A model generated the notes under the pieces. The model was not told where the DNA came from and did no database searches. It saw nothing but the letters and a program-made list of their open reading frames with translations. Positions 35,555 through 49,183 of a DNA stretch of 64,000 nt are shown here, one piece after another; position 1 is the first letter of the stretch, and every line of letters starts with the position of its first letter. The DNA comes from Hydrolagus affinis (lineage: Eukaryota), in assembly GCA_012026655.1 (NCBI GenBank), contig JAAILG010000022.1, positions 124,001 to 188,000 of the forward strand. The letters run 5' to 3'. Position numbers and translations under genes: made by a program.

Positions 35555-37211
35555 TCTTATACAGTATATGATTATAACCTCTTGCTATTCCACAGAAATC
35601 CAGCACATCCTATTATGCCCTTGAGGATAGGTATGAATAGATTTGCTCACTTTGAATTGAATAGATAAATGAAACTTGTATAGGAGTACAGTATTTTACT
35701 CCGAAAAATAATGAAATAGAGGCAGTGTGCGTGGGCTGAATAGTTTCTGGAGGATTTTTACTGCTCAATGTACTTCACTGCCATGATAATTATTGGAAAA
35801 AAGTATTGAAATGGGCCAATGACTATGAAGAAAAATGATAAGGAAAAATTCAAGGACCTGTTTATACAGTATATGGAAATACAAAATTGGCAGAGAGATT
35901 CTATTTTAGATATTTTCTTAAAAGCAGTGTCAATGTTTGAATAGAACAAAAAATTAATTAGTCTTCAGAGAGATTAAATAAGACTGAGGAGATAATTCGC
36001 AATCCTTAAAAAATCAGTTATGGTTTCCAGGCAAAACACTGTACATAATTTTTAAGACAAAGCTGTACCATTAACTAAGAGTACACGTATGATGACTAGA
36101 TGGTTCAATGTATGTTATTTGCATATTATGGAAATGGTGAAATGGATCCTCTTTCTTTTTTTAAAAAGAACTCTACTATTGGCTCCTTACCATGGGTTGA
36201 ACAGCACTGAGCAACTAAGTTTATAAGTTCTTTCAAAATTGTAAATCCTAACTCAGTTCTAGCTGTTTCCGGGAAAGTTCCTCACAGGGCACGAGGGTCA
36301 AAATAACATTGCCGAAGATCGCTGCTTCATAGAGGAAAATAAGCTCCTTGATCAGCATTCCTCCCTTTGGAGGTAGAAGTACTGCTTCACTTGGGATCTA
36401 GCTCTGGCGGCAAAGGCAGCGCTGCCATCAGTGGCGTCACTGCAAGATAAAATGGCATTAGATATCCTCCAGGGCTCTGTAAGAGTTAGCAGCACAGTTT
36501 GGAAGCAGAGAAGGTTGCATTAAAATAATTCACTAACAATAGAGTACAAAGGACTAAATCTTTGTAAAGATTTAGAAAATATCCTGCTAAAAAACAACAA
36601 CAAAGCTTTCAGTACTGCTTTCAAAATGTAAAAAAAAACAAGCTCGAGAGCAGTACAATTGTATTCTGAATCCTCATTAATGATTTGCCATGGAAACAAA
36701 ACGCCTTTTGTTGAGAGTGTGTGCAGCAGGTATATTCACAATGTTTTCTCCATCTGGGAAGCGGCATTTCTCCTTTGCATATCTTCAAGATCAAATGCAC
36801 AATGCTCTACCACCCAGCTTAGAAACTTTGTGCTTTACAAATATAAGTACAAATGCCTCAACAACACATAACATCTCACATCCCTTCTCGTGGAGGGAGG
36901 GAAATCTCGCATTTTTCAAGCATAAATACAAATGTGATACAATAACTATGGTATCAGTCAGCAGTGTTCAAAAAGCATCCTTTTGAAGTCCATGGATATT
37001 GATATCAATGGCAGGAAACACTGTGCTACTTGGACATAAAATCTTTATACAGTATTTCCATTCAACCCTAATCGGTACCCAGTTTCTACAAATGTTGCAA
37101 TGTTTCTCTATGCAATAATACATTTGAAGGACCTATTGGGACTGTTCACTTCGTAATGGGAGGTGTTGGTGAGACATTTAAAAGTTTACTGGAGACTATG
37201 ATGTGCAGTGC

Positions 37212-37331
37212 AATAATAATAATAATAATCCTTGCATTTGATATAGCGCTTTTCACATCTTATCGACGTCTCAAAGTTCTTCACAGAATATACTGTAAAG
37301 TGATTTGACTATTTATTTGTGGGCGAAACAC
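37212..37331 (-). mobile_element. SINE family A 3' fragment, abutting an oppositely oriented family B tail (~37351-37384)
   Basis: (aat)n ccttgcatttgatatagcgcttttcac...gacgtctcaaag..cttcacagaatatactgtaaagtg. Confidence 0.9.
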
Positions 37332-38259
37332 ATGTTAAATAGACATGTTAAAAGACGCTATACAAATGTAATTTTGTTGTTGTTATAAAAGTAGATAAGC
37401 AATTTAATGCTGAGCAATTTTACCCGCACTTCCTTCCCCCATATCCAATGTATATGTGGATCCAGGCGATATGATCTAAACCAAGCATATTCTACATCCT
37501 CTGTAAGGAAATCTTGAGATCTAGGTCACTCTAACACTTCAGGCAGGGTGCAATTAGCCATTCTGCAAAAAATTGCATTGATGCTAATCTGCATTATGAA
37601 TATAGAGTTTATTCTTTAATTTTACTCTAGAGGCATTGTAGAATAACATTACAGCAGTATGCAGCTGGGTACCAAGGGAACCTAATGATCTCAATTTAAC
37701 TTAATTGATCTGCTTCATAATATCATTTGTAATTTATTTACCTAATCTATCTTGCATTTAACTAAAACATATATTGGATGAACAAGCTGGAACTGTAGTT
37801 TTAAAATGCAGTCTGTCATTCTAGCCTTATTGTCAGAGCTTTGTGACATCCTTGTTTATTTAATTCAAAATCAGCACTATTGCCTTCCTGAAAGGTAATA
37901 GCCGAAAGCCAGTTCAAACGTGCAGTTATAGTTGATTTTTGCTGTCCTGACCCCTGTAATTCAGTGTGTAAAAAGCTTGACTTTCATGAGATTACATAAA
38001 ATATACCTTGCTGATCTCATTAAATAACACAATGAGATTGCTCCATCACAGCAACGTAGACATATGCACATTATATGCACGGGCACCTCAACAATAACTG
38101 AATATTGTTTTCATCAACTGCAAATTGAAGGCATCATAGGGCATAAGTGACAAAGTGACGGAAACAAAATGAGGTTGCATTGTGTACCATTGGTATCTCT
38201 TAGCCAGCAATTGTGCTTCTTCTAAGCACTACATTAATCTGGTTTGATAGCAGTCAATA

Positions 38260-38564
38260 AGTCCTGCAGCTCAGTGGTTACAGCACTCGCCTTGTAAGTA
38301 AGAGACCTGAGTTTGATTCCCAGCAGGGCAAAACCTTGGGCAAGTTTCCTTATTCCGCATGCCTAATAATAATCCCTCAAAAAAACAATAATAATTTGAT
38401 CACTCAATCCACGACTGTTTGTGGGGCACTGTTGTGCGCGATTGGCTGCTGTGTTTCACCCACAAATACAGTCAATTCACTTTACAGTATATTCTTTGAA
38501 TATTCTTTTATATTCCAAAAGACGTGAAAAGCGCTATACCAAATGCAAGAATTATTATATTATT
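38260..38564 (+). mobile_element. Full-length SINE family A
   Basis: agtcctgcagctcagtggttacagcactcgccttgtaag...aaaccttgggcaagtttcctt...gacgtgaaaagcgctataccaaatgcaagaattatt. Confidence 0.92.
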
Positions 38565-39227
38565 AATAAATATAGGAATACAAAATATATTCAGAAAAAA
38601 AGGTGTTTAACTTATACTAACCCCACTGAATAATCAGTACAAACCTGCCAAGAAGGAATGCAACACCTAGGCTGTTGTCACATAAGTTTTGTTTAAGTTA
38701 GATAAATGACAGTCTCATTATTGTGATTCTGTTATTGAGGTTTTCTTCCATTCTCCTTTGCTGCTGTCAGTTGAATTCAGTACTTTCAGGAGTACATAAA
38801 ATATGCTTCAAGGAAATCTCGAGTTATGTTAAGTAGATTGTAAATCAATGTTCCCTGAAAGACAATTCCAACCTAATCAGCTGTATTTGCTGTTTCTTTG
38901 ATTTAAGTTGAGCAAGCCCCCTTAGCATTGCAACCCACTTGTAAACCTCAAGAGAACAGGATAGCAAGCTGTAGAACATTGCCTTTGATCTCTGGCACTT
39001 GAACTTGAAACCGGTATTAACTGATTGAATGAAGATCACTACATGGCGATGGCTGTAAATACTTGAGAAAATTGTGGTATGTCCTCAGCAAAAAGGATTT
39101 GGGCAATCTCATTTGAATACTCTCATCCTGTTCCTGTTGAAGTTGGATCCGTGTCAGAAAACCATGTAACAAATCTGCCAAAAAAAATTATTTTTGCCCA
39201 CGTTATTTGGAATATGAATATACAATA

Positions 39228-39700
39228 TGAATGATCAAAGAGGAAAGAAAGTCTTGAGGCAGGCCATGAAGGAGTTAAAGAAGGGGTGAAGCAGACAGAA
39301 TTCGGAATGGAGGTCCAGAGAGTGAGGGTAGGAAAACTGAAGGCCCTACCGCTAATGGTGGGGTGGGCAGGGCAGTGGACCTGATGCAGACCTGTGCTTA
39401 CCAAGCAAAGGGAGTGGACAGGTTGGTATCGTAAGGGAGTGAATACAGTGCCAGTGGACAGAGAGAAATTGCTAATGTCCGTTAAAAGAGGGGAAAGGAA
39501 GTGGAGCTTGAAGGTAAAGAGTGGGGATAGAGATGGGGGGACGTGAACAGGTGGTGGGCTTAATTTTGGAAATGATGGAGGTGAGACTTTGTCAAAAGTG
39601 TGGAAAGGGAGGAGGAGGTGAGGAGGGGGCAGCAGTTGAGATACAGAGGCAGTGAAGCAGACGCAGTCGATTTGGGATGGGATAAAGGAATAGGAAGGGA
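39228..39700 (-). mobile_element. L2 LINE fragment(s)
   Basis: Peptide PTISGRAFSFPTLTLWTSIP is the L2 ORF2 C-terminal 'G.RAFS...P.LWNSLP' motif; reverse-similar to 48890-49040. Confidence 0.75.
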
Positions 39701-40013
39701 ATTAAGTCATAGTGCAGCAGTGGAAACTTTTTCACATTTTCATCAACTCAAAATGTGGATTTTTTCTTGCAAATAAGCACAAACATTAATCGAGACTAAT
39801 CGATATCTCAAATTAATTACAGATAAGATTCTCATCGAAGGATTCTGATGGTATCTTACACTTGTTGGAAAATCTCACTGGTTTAAAACTCTTATCTTCT
39901 TTCTAGAATTAATTACACTCTTGAAATCACATCCTGAAGACTTCTATTTATAGGAGGGTATTCTCCAGATGTCAATAAATTATTTCCCTGATTTCCAGAT
40001 TGCAAAATGAATT

Positions 40014-40135
40014 TATAATAAGAATCCTTGCATTTGATATGGCGCCTTAACACATTGTCGATTACATGGAGACATCTCAAAGCACTTGACAGGGTATATT
40101 GTAGAGTGGATCAACTGTGAATTTTGTGGGTGAAA
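40014..40135 (-). mobile_element. SINE family A 3' fragment
   Basis: aatccttgcatttgatatggcgcc...gacatctcaaagcacttgacag. Confidence 0.8.
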
Positions 40136-40314
40136 TGAATTTGGTGTATTTGGATGGTAATTTATCTGCTGCCTAATTGTTCTGTCAGTCTGCATTTTTG
40201 TTGGGATGTAAACTATCTTCTAACTTTTCATTTCCATCCAACATAATCTGCCATAAGCAGAATTGAAAGCTTCTCATACTCGATTTATTACAACTTGCAT
40301 TCATATGTAGAAGT

Positions 40315-40450
40315 CTGAGTCAGTTGAGCTGAAGCAGCAAATAGTGGGTTCAGGAGTACGCAGGTTGGACAGGTAGGGAGATGCCAGGACATGAAGGGAC
40401 TTGAAAACAAGTATGAAGATTTTGAAATTGATATTTTCAGTCACAGTGGA
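40315..40450 (-). mobile_element. L2 LINE fragment
   Basis: Peptide INFKIFILVFKSLHVLASPYLSNL is the L2 'I.FKIL.L.FK.LHGLAP.YL..L' motif. Confidence 0.8.
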
Positions 40451-40751
40451 GCCTGGCTGGAACCGGTGTGATGGGTGGGGGGGAAGTTTAAAAACCACAA
40501 GGTCTGTAAAAAACAAAAATGTTTTCTTTAAAATATATTGTTCCATTTATAAGCCAATTTATGTTTTGGCATTACAGATAAATGTATTGCAGCATATTCA
40601 ATAGGTGTTAAATTTCCTAACATAAATTTTCTCAGTACTTTTATGCTTTAATTCTTGTGAAAATTGATATATTTTTGACAATTTGCAATAAAAATAGGAG
40701 CCAAATTGCATCCACTTTTCTATCTGCCTATTTATTTTATCCAACCTCTTT

Positions 40752-40871
40752 AATAATAATAATCCTTGCATTTGATATACAGTAGTGCTTTTCATGTCTT
40801 ACAGATGTCTCGAAGCGCTTCACAAAATATACTGCAAAATTTAGTGACTGTATATTTGTGGGCAAAACACA
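40752..40871 (-). mobile_element. SINE family A 3' fragment
   Basis: aataataatccttgcatttgata...gatgtctcgaagcgcttcacaaaatatactg. Confidence 0.85.
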
Positions 40872-41649
40872 AATTAGCAAGAGAGACACAAATTGCAAAC
40901 ATATTTAAATATCTGTTCTTTATTTTTATAGAGCAAACTAGGTCAGATTTTAAAATCCAAATCAATGAAACTAACTCTTGATGAGTGACACTTGGCTGGT
41001 CTACAAAGTTATTGGTGCTGGTGTGAAATGGTTTCGAAATACTTTCTTTTAAATCCACTGAATTTCCCCGACTCTCTAATGGACACACGGAGAATAGACT
41101 ATGGAAGGAGTCAAGTGCAATTTGAACCAGTCATATTTATTCAATGTAGCAAGAAATCACTGTGATACTGAAACTGCCTCCAGGTGCTAGCAGTATTGGG
41201 GTTCCTGCATGATTTGTAGTGCCTGAACCCTGTTTGTACTACAGTAATTTATTTTTTTGGCAACGAATCAACACTAAATTGTAGCAATCTGATGCCAAAT
41301 ATGCTGCAGAATTGGAGAAATAATGACATTTTTAAAATGCTATGTGTCAAATCTGGGTTTGAGAAAGATATCTGACCTTGATGCCACTTTCCTGTGCTTG
41401 CACCCAGTGAAGAGTGAGGAAAACATTTGCTTTTACAATGATGTGATCTATTGTTGGTAGTTGGGTAAATAAATTTAGGACTTTTCTAATAGGATATCTT
41501 AATTCTCCTTTACCTAAATTAACCAATGACTATTTTCCAACTGTGATACTGTATTTTGAATGTTGTGGTAAACTATATGGAGAGAAAATATTTGGAGAAG
41601 TTTTTATTTACCATAGTACAGTATCCTAGTTTTTATTTGTTGTAAATGT

Positions 41650-41701
41650 GACGTCCTCCCCATGTGAAAGGCACTGAACAAATGTAATTTTGTTATTGTT
41701 G
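41650..41701 (+). mobile_element. L2-type 3' tail (family B)
   Basis: gacgtcctccccatgtgaaaggcactgaacaaatgtaattttgttattgttg. Confidence 0.75.
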
Positions 41702-42874
41702 AATCAGGTTTTATCTGTTTCTGGTACACTTTCATACTGGAAATGACAGTGTAAATGACAATTGTTACAGCATTTCATGTCGATATATGTAATGACATTC
41801 ACACAAGGGCAATTCATAATTCTGACACCCACAACATATTTGGACACACAATCTGCAGTAGGAAATTCTATGTGCAGAATGTATTGTACCTATTATGCTA
41901 ATATCGAAACTACATAAACTATGAAGTGTTCTTGTAATTCAAAAGCAAAATTCATCCCTTAATGAACCATAGAGAGTGAAATCCATTGCTCTGGAAGCTG
42001 AACATGTTGGCAAAGTATACCAATTAGATCCAACTTCCAAACGCAGTATGGACACTTTTTCAACATTAGCATTCATTTGCAGAAGTAAAATAAACCTGGG
42101 TAGGCTTAATTCACCTAATGGGTTAATGGCAAGGTTTTCTATTCTATGAAAAACCATCACTCGTATAATTGGAAATAGATTGCTATAGATACTGAGCAAC
42201 AAAGCAGTAAAGCCATACTTCACACTCCTATGACTGCATGTTCCAGCGCCTATATTAAAAAGATAATGTTTCTAGTAGGTAATCAAACATCCACCCAAAT
42301 GGAGCAAAAGAGATTTACATACTCTACAACTCATAATGAGTTTTTCATCCCCTCCCCCCACAATTATCCATTGCGAATTTTCTAAATTGCCAGCACCCAA
42401 TAAATAGAATCATGTTACTGTACCTTTCACCTTCAAATAGAAAAAAGGAGATTTATCTATCTTGTAATAAAGAATTAATCATCTGTTTCATTTAGAACAC
42501 TAAGCAATCTGAATGGCCTTCACCAGGCACAAAATAGCAAACATTATTTAATAATGTTTCACTGGCACTCAGACAAGAGCATTTTTCCATAAATTCTGAA
42601 AGCAAAAGATTCACATCATTGGCTCATGTCATGCAATGATTCATGAATAGGTAATCTAAGTACTGTACTGATAACAAGTGCCATTCTTGTCTTAAGTCTG
42701 ATACTGTACATGTTGCACTGTAAGCATTTAATGTAACTGACATGTTAATGCTTGTCTTTCGAGGCTAACGGAGATGGTTCTACCTCTTAAAGTCAGTGGA
42801 GAACAAACTATTTTCAAAAATTGATTCCCTGAAGTGTTTTGTTTATGAGTGAAAAACAACCATTCTCCCTTCTC

Positions 42875-43060
42875 TTTAAATTGTGGCTTGAGATCTTAAA
42901 TGTCCATCTAGACAGGCAGACAGAACCTTGTTTTAACAGCTCTTTCAAAGGACGGCACCTTCGACAATGCTATATACTCCAAGAACTGCCGACGAGAGAC
43001 CTGAACCCCACAATCTTCTGACTCAAAGACAAGAGTGATACACACAGAGCCAGGTGATAC
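42875..43060 (-). mobile_element. Older DeuSINE fragment (head and Deu core)
   Basis: gagatcttaaatgtccatctagacaggcagacagaaccttgttttaac...aaggacggcaccttcgacaatgc...gaaccccacaatcttctgactcaaagacaagagtgatac. Confidence 0.7.
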
Positions 43061-46000
43061 ATGATCTCAGCATCATGGAATCCGCTTGTTATAACTATGG
43101 GTTTCTTGCAATTGTTTTTCTGTCAAAAAAGGTAATGAGGTGAAGATGGCTCCAATTCTGTGGAGACCATATGGGGCCTGAAACTAAAAAGAACAAAAGA
43201 AGATAGGAGTTATTAATAATTAAAACTAAGGGTGCAGAACACTGCTTTGCATTCATGTGTCTCCAATTCAATGGTTTGTTTGGATGTTTAGCTTTCTGTT
43301 GCAAATCTTTTTTATGTGGATCTGATCTTTTGTGGAGGAGGAAAAAACTCTGCATTATTTCCTTCAAGTTATTATGACCTAAAGTGAATTCAAGGGCACT
43401 TGAATCTCTGTAATGGCAATAGTAGGCAAGTGGACAACAACAAAAAAAATTAGCGCAAGACTCCAGTAAGTTCCAATCAACTGCACTTTATTAAATTATT
43501 TGAACTAATCAAAAACTTGCGTGTGAGTGTGTCTTAAAGATATTTTGAAGCAATTACATTGCTGCCTCATTTGCAGCCCACAATAATCCATTCACCTTTG
43601 AACATTTTAAGTGTTTTGTAACCTGCTGTGACGAATGTTTCAATGTTGATTCTTTCTTTACCTAATAAGCATGCTCTGAAGAGTGACAGGTCCATGATTA
43701 AGTTATTCTATTCCTGTCACATCCTGAATACTGCTTTTAGATTTTCAAAGCTTTCTCCGCAACATTCTGGGCACAGGGGTGGGAGTAGTTCTGAGAATTA
43801 CTCATTTCTTTTCATCTATGTGGTGATGTCAGGTTGTAAATTATGTGGAAGAAGCTCCGAAGGGATAAATAACTGCGTGTATATAAATGCAAAGTACCAC
43901 TAAGTGCACAGAAACTCTTTGCGTAGGTTTGAAAATCAAAGGCAACGCTGCTTTGTGAAAGCTCAAATTTAAATGCCATCTGAAACTATAGCCAGCCAAT
44001 TCCATTTCCCAACACACCTACAGTCTCTGGCCGTGGAGAGTTGGCAATGTTTAATTTGCTCTTACTGTATTCAAAATAGAGTGCAATTCTTCAAAGAGCC
44101 TATATCACGTGCAATGTATTCAATGCAATCCAACAAGATCCAAACTGGACCACATTGTAAATGATATGGGGTATTTTTGTCATTTTTTGACAGAGGAAAA
44201 GTGCTTACAGAATTTTATTTGGGAATCCTGCAGTTTTAGTGAATGACTTTCAAGAAAAAGTAGCAGATCTGAAGTTACAATTTGAAATTGTAAAGACAAC
44301 TGTACTCTGGAATGGGGTTCCAGAAGGTAGAAGCAGATTGGCTGAAAGCTTGCCCTCTGATGATGTAAAACAAATTCATCATCTATAATTCATTAATTAA
44401 ACCTTTATTAATTTACTGATAACCCTAATTAGTAGGGGAAGTACATGTACCTGAGGATCATCCAACATGGTCTCACTGAGGACAGAGATAATGGTGAACT
44501 GTCATTGGTAATAATATTGGTAATGATGCTAAATGATTTTATATACAAGGTGTATGTATAGTGTAGCCCATGTGAACTGCCTGAACAAAGCTGATATTGA
44601 ACCCGCACACGGACAAACTGATGAACCAAGTGGTTGATTGACACTGGAAAGTTTCATGGCTTCCAGTGACCCAAACAGAGACAGATGAAAGTTGCTTTCT
44701 CTAACAGACCCAAAGGTGTGCTGCCAGTTATATTCAATGGATGGTGCCCTGTAACCCTGTCTTACAACTCTTTCACTCACAGTTCATACACTGCTCAGAT
44801 CCTACCCTATATGGACACTCAGGCACCATGCTCAACAGCCGCAAACCTTCTCTACAACATCCCTAAGCTGGTGTGCAGTTCATCTTCTGTATCTTTTGAT
44901 TTCCTGGCTCTGCAGCACAGCTCCTTCCTGGAGATCAGTGGCAAAGGGGAGTCCCCATTGATTTGGATCAGAGCTTTTACAAGACCCAAACTCTGCTCCC
45001 TCTCCTCTAGGCCTGTTCCACTGCAAGACACCTTCTGGGATGACCTCCTGACTCAGTCAGTTACCACATTGTCATACAGATTCTTACAGTATAATTTCAC
45101 AAGAATATTATATCATTAAACATCCTCGCCAGCCCTACTGTTGGCAGTTGTATCTTTTTGTTTCCAGCAATGTAGTATGGCCATTACACATACAAAGCTA
45201 TACTATTGGCTTCTCATTCACCTTTCTCTTAATTGGACAGGACAAATCGCGACCATTCTAGTTGTAATCAATAAGTAAGTAATTGGGTTTTTGAGATCTC
45301 CCTCAGAAGATCATTAAGATAAGAGTTCCTCATGTTGAATCAATAAGAAGCTGTGAATTTCAGAATGCCCTGTTATAATGTATTGGCTGCTGCCTTTGAA
45401 TAATTGCTTTATCCACAACCATGACAGAGCCTCTCCAAATCACCAAGTGACTTCGCGAAACATCTTTCGTTGTGAGGCATTTAAACCATTGATAAATGTC
45501 AAACTTTTCACGGATTTGTTTCATATTTAAAAGCACTTATCCACTGTTAAATTTTCCCATAGGTTAAGCTTTATATAGGTGGAAAACTGGAAGACGGCTC
45601 AATCATTACCTTCCATAACATGGTGCAGAGCCTCAGCAAGTCAGGAAGATGATAGCTTAAGGATGAGCCATCTGGTGAGGTAAAAGTCCTCTTAGAAGAT
45701 TTTGTGCTTTAAAATTGATCAGGCACTCGTGAAAGTTATTATATTCTTGGTTTGCGAATCTGTTATCTCAAAATTGAATGTTACTGCCCTCCCTGATCAA
45801 TTTGGGATAGTGCTGCATGTGTCAGAGATACTATAATTTGGTCCAACAGAGGTGAGCTAGTCTTTTCTATCTTTTGTATTTGTATCAGATACTAGACTAA
45901 AATACATATATAGTAGGAGAGTCCAATACTCTTGTGTATTCACAATGGCATGCGGCCTATATTGCAAAGAAGATGTCTGCCTTCTAACTAGTTATGTAAA

Positions 46001-48180
46001 AGCAAATCGAGAAGTATAATTATTTGAAATGATTGTGCAAATAACAAGCTTGGATGGATGACCAAACGAAAGGCAGGAGAAATGCTGAGAGCAAAGATTG
46101 TTTCTCTGCAGTTTATTGTAATATTTTTATATTGAACTTATCTTAAGAGGAAGAAATAATGTTCATTGAAGCAACGATATATTTCAGGGTGACATTCCAT
46201 ACCCAGTACTGTATAATGATCTTATATACTCAGCTCAGCTATTTACTGTTCTGTCATCATTCACCTTGGTGCTAGCATACAATCTCTGGTACCTCAAGAT
46301 AAGCTTTTAAACACCAAGTGGAGTATCGCAAAGTGATTTTTTTTTACAGAAAAGACCACAAAGTGAATGTTTCTTAAAACTTCTGTGAAGACGGTTACCA
46401 AAATAAAATCCTAAATTCCAATTTGCAATATTACTTAATGGATTTCTTAATTAAGAAATCTGAGCACCTGAATGGGATTGCTCATAGCTGGAAGTTCTGT
46501 ATACAGATCCTTCTGATAGTAGATTGACTAGAGCAGCATATTCCCACAAGGCAGCTTCATGTATTTCCAGATTGCTTAGTTAAAGACTTATCACAAAATT
46601 GGTCCCTACATATCTATCTGTATGGGATTGTAATTACCAAACAGCTTCATTTGATTTTGCTTGGACTTAACAAAACGTTCCTAAAGCAAAATCCACCATT
46701 TTGCTTTATTGGTCTTCCTAGGTAAATAACAGCTAAAGAGTTATTTTGTTGATCTCAAAATATTGTATCACAAGTCATACCTATTGTTAAGAATTAGAAT
46801 TATTAATCTATGGAATTTCATTTCTGTTTGACAATACTTTATTGTTATTAAGCTTGTACAGTGATATGAAACTAGGGCTATACTGTCTGATGAGCTAAAC
46901 CAGGAATCCACATTGTAAGTCTTGAGATTCCCTTTCCTGAGCTAGGCATCAGTTATTTGACCAATTTCAGTCAGACTAATGCCTCAACCATCTTGAAATT
47001 CTTATTGTAAGTTCGAACATTTGTATACTGTTTGCATGTTGTTTTAAATGCAAGTACAATAGCACTGCCCCTTTTCAGTTGTCGTCTTTTGAAATCTCAA
47101 GTAATTTCAAAGAATAATCAGCAATGTTAATTTATTTTGATTTTTACTATTTTGCTTTGGTATTTGGCTGCACACTGGGACCTGATGCCATCATCAGGCA
47201 AATTAAATTGGCTGTTACTGAGTGCAAGTGTGAGACATCTGAGTCATTATTCACACACTCAATTATTGAGGCAGGGAGCTGCAATGGTTTAGTCATTGTA
47301 ATTATGTGTGATAATCCAGCTCCCTTTGCATTGGCTGCCTCACTAACTCATTCAAAAGTTTTTCCCAATTTTCTCTCCTGAAAGTGCTGACATTTGCTGG
47401 GGTCAATGGTGCATCAGCTACTCATTGCTCTCCAATACATCACCAAACTGTAGGAGCCTGTACAAAACCAAACCAATGATCCACAGTCTGTGGGGGCAAT
47501 AGAACTGAATCCAATTCAATGCTGTCCTCCCATGATGTCCATACAAGCACAGTTTCCAGCAGACGCTGATGGGCAGTGAACAAGAGAGAAAAAAAATGGA
47601 AGAATTGAAACCAACAAATGTTTCCAGCAGTGCAAAATCTGAATCTGTGAAAACACATCTTCTTCTGTTTTTGCTTCCAGCTATCACCATGCAGAGAGCT
47701 CATGTTGCTAGCTCCAATAGACAGCAAGCTCCCAAATTATCATTTGTTAAATTAAAACCCGGTACATCAAAAAAAAGTCACATAAATTAATCTATCGACA
47801 AACCGCTTTCATATGAAATGATTCATCAGCCCGGTATATAATTGCCAGTCAATGATTCAACACATCTGAATTTAGAACACCCTGTATTCCTCTGAGTATT
47901 ACACCATCCCTTCAACCACAAAGATTAATTACCTCTATGGATAATCTTTCTTTGGAAAATCATTTAGCTATGGAATCCTCGAATGTCACCAGGATTGTTC
48001 TCATGTTGACAGCTACCACTCAGACAGTGGAAAAAGATGGATGGCACTATAGCACATGTCAATAATTTCCTTCTGTTGTGCAGAAAAGCACATGTTCTGA
48101 AATAAGTGTTTTCTTTGTGACCTGTTTGTAGGTATTCGAAGTGGCAGTAAAATTGTAACATGACTCCAACATAGTGTTGT

Positions 48181-48383
48181 AATAATAATAATCCTTGCAT
48201 TTGATGTAGTGCTTTTCACATCTTCTAGATGTCTCAAAGTGCTTCAAAGAATATACAGTACTGTAAAGTGAATTGACTGTTTATTTGTGGGTGAAACGCA
48301 GCAGCCAATTGTGAACAGCAGTGTCCCACAAACAGTCGTGGATTGAAATGACCAATTTATTATTATATTTTTTAGGGTTTATT
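48181..48383 (-). mobile_element. SINE family A, 5'-truncated
   Basis: (aat)n ccttgcatttgatgtagtgcttttcac...cagcagtgtcccacaaacagtcgtggattgaaatgacc. Confidence 0.92.
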
Positions 48384-48574
48384 ACGTGAACAGAGAGCAT
48401 GAGCAAACAAAAAAAACTGTTTTCCTCAAACAAATAAAAGCAAATCAATTGTTCCCAGCCTCCCTAACTTCTCTCCTGATAGCATTTGACTTGTGTTTCC
48501 TTCTGCTGGGATACAATTCACCAGGTGTCCTGTGGTGCCTGCCTAAGTGGCTATTATTCTTGTCCAAGCAAGTA

Positions 48575-49183
48575 TTAGTGTGTTTAATCACTGCCTTCAT
48601 CACATCCAGGCTCGACTACTACAACTCCCTGCTTGTCGGTCTTCCCAACTCCTCCCTTCATAGGCTACAGATAATCCCAAACTCTATGGCCCCTATCCCT
48701 TAGCGCTCCAAGCTCCATGACCCCATCGCCCCCATTCTCACCTGAATCCATTGGCTCCCCATCACCCAGAGGATTCAATTCAAGATCCTGGTCCTCACGT
48801 TCAAAGCCCCACCATGGCCTTGACCCACTCTACCTCTGTGACCTTCTACCCCCCTACCAACCAGCTCGTCCCTTCAGCTCAGGAGGCTCTGGCCTGCTCC
48901 ATGTCCACTGACCAACCCGCCCCACCATCGGCGGCGAGCCTTCAGTCTTTCAGCCCCTAACCTTTGGAATTCCATCCCTAGATCCCTCCCCCTTGCCCCC
49001 CTCCCTGGCAAGTCCTGCCTTAAGACCCTCTTCTTGGACGGTCCCATCAGTCACTCCAAATCCCCTCCTTTCCCTCCATCCTTCGTTCCCAACCCCAGCT
49101 CGGGTCTGAAAGATTGACTATCCAGCGGCTTGAGACGTCTTCCTGACTTAAAGGCACTATACAAGTGTAATCCTGTTCTTGTT
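48575..49183 (+). mobile_element. L2 LINE 3' end (ORF2 C-terminus, 3'UTR and tail), decayed
   Basis: LITAFITSRLDYYNSLLVGLPNSSLHRLQ matches the L2 'LIHAFVTSRLDYCNSLL.GLP' motif, followed by frameshifted C-terminal blocks and the tail agcggcttgagacgtcttcctgacttaaaggcactatacaagtgtaatcctgttcttgtt. Confidence 0.9.

Noticed and set aside
41611-41663. Possible first exon MGRTSHLQQIKTRILYY-G|gtaaat
   Set aside because: The ATG lies in an antisense L2 tail and the donor is weak; the YYG ending is probably chance.
46441-46460. Perfect 20-bp palindrome GATTTCTTAATTAAGAAATC (also an 18-bp one at 62190-62207)
   Set aside because: AT-rich and short enough to be plausible by chance in 64 kb.
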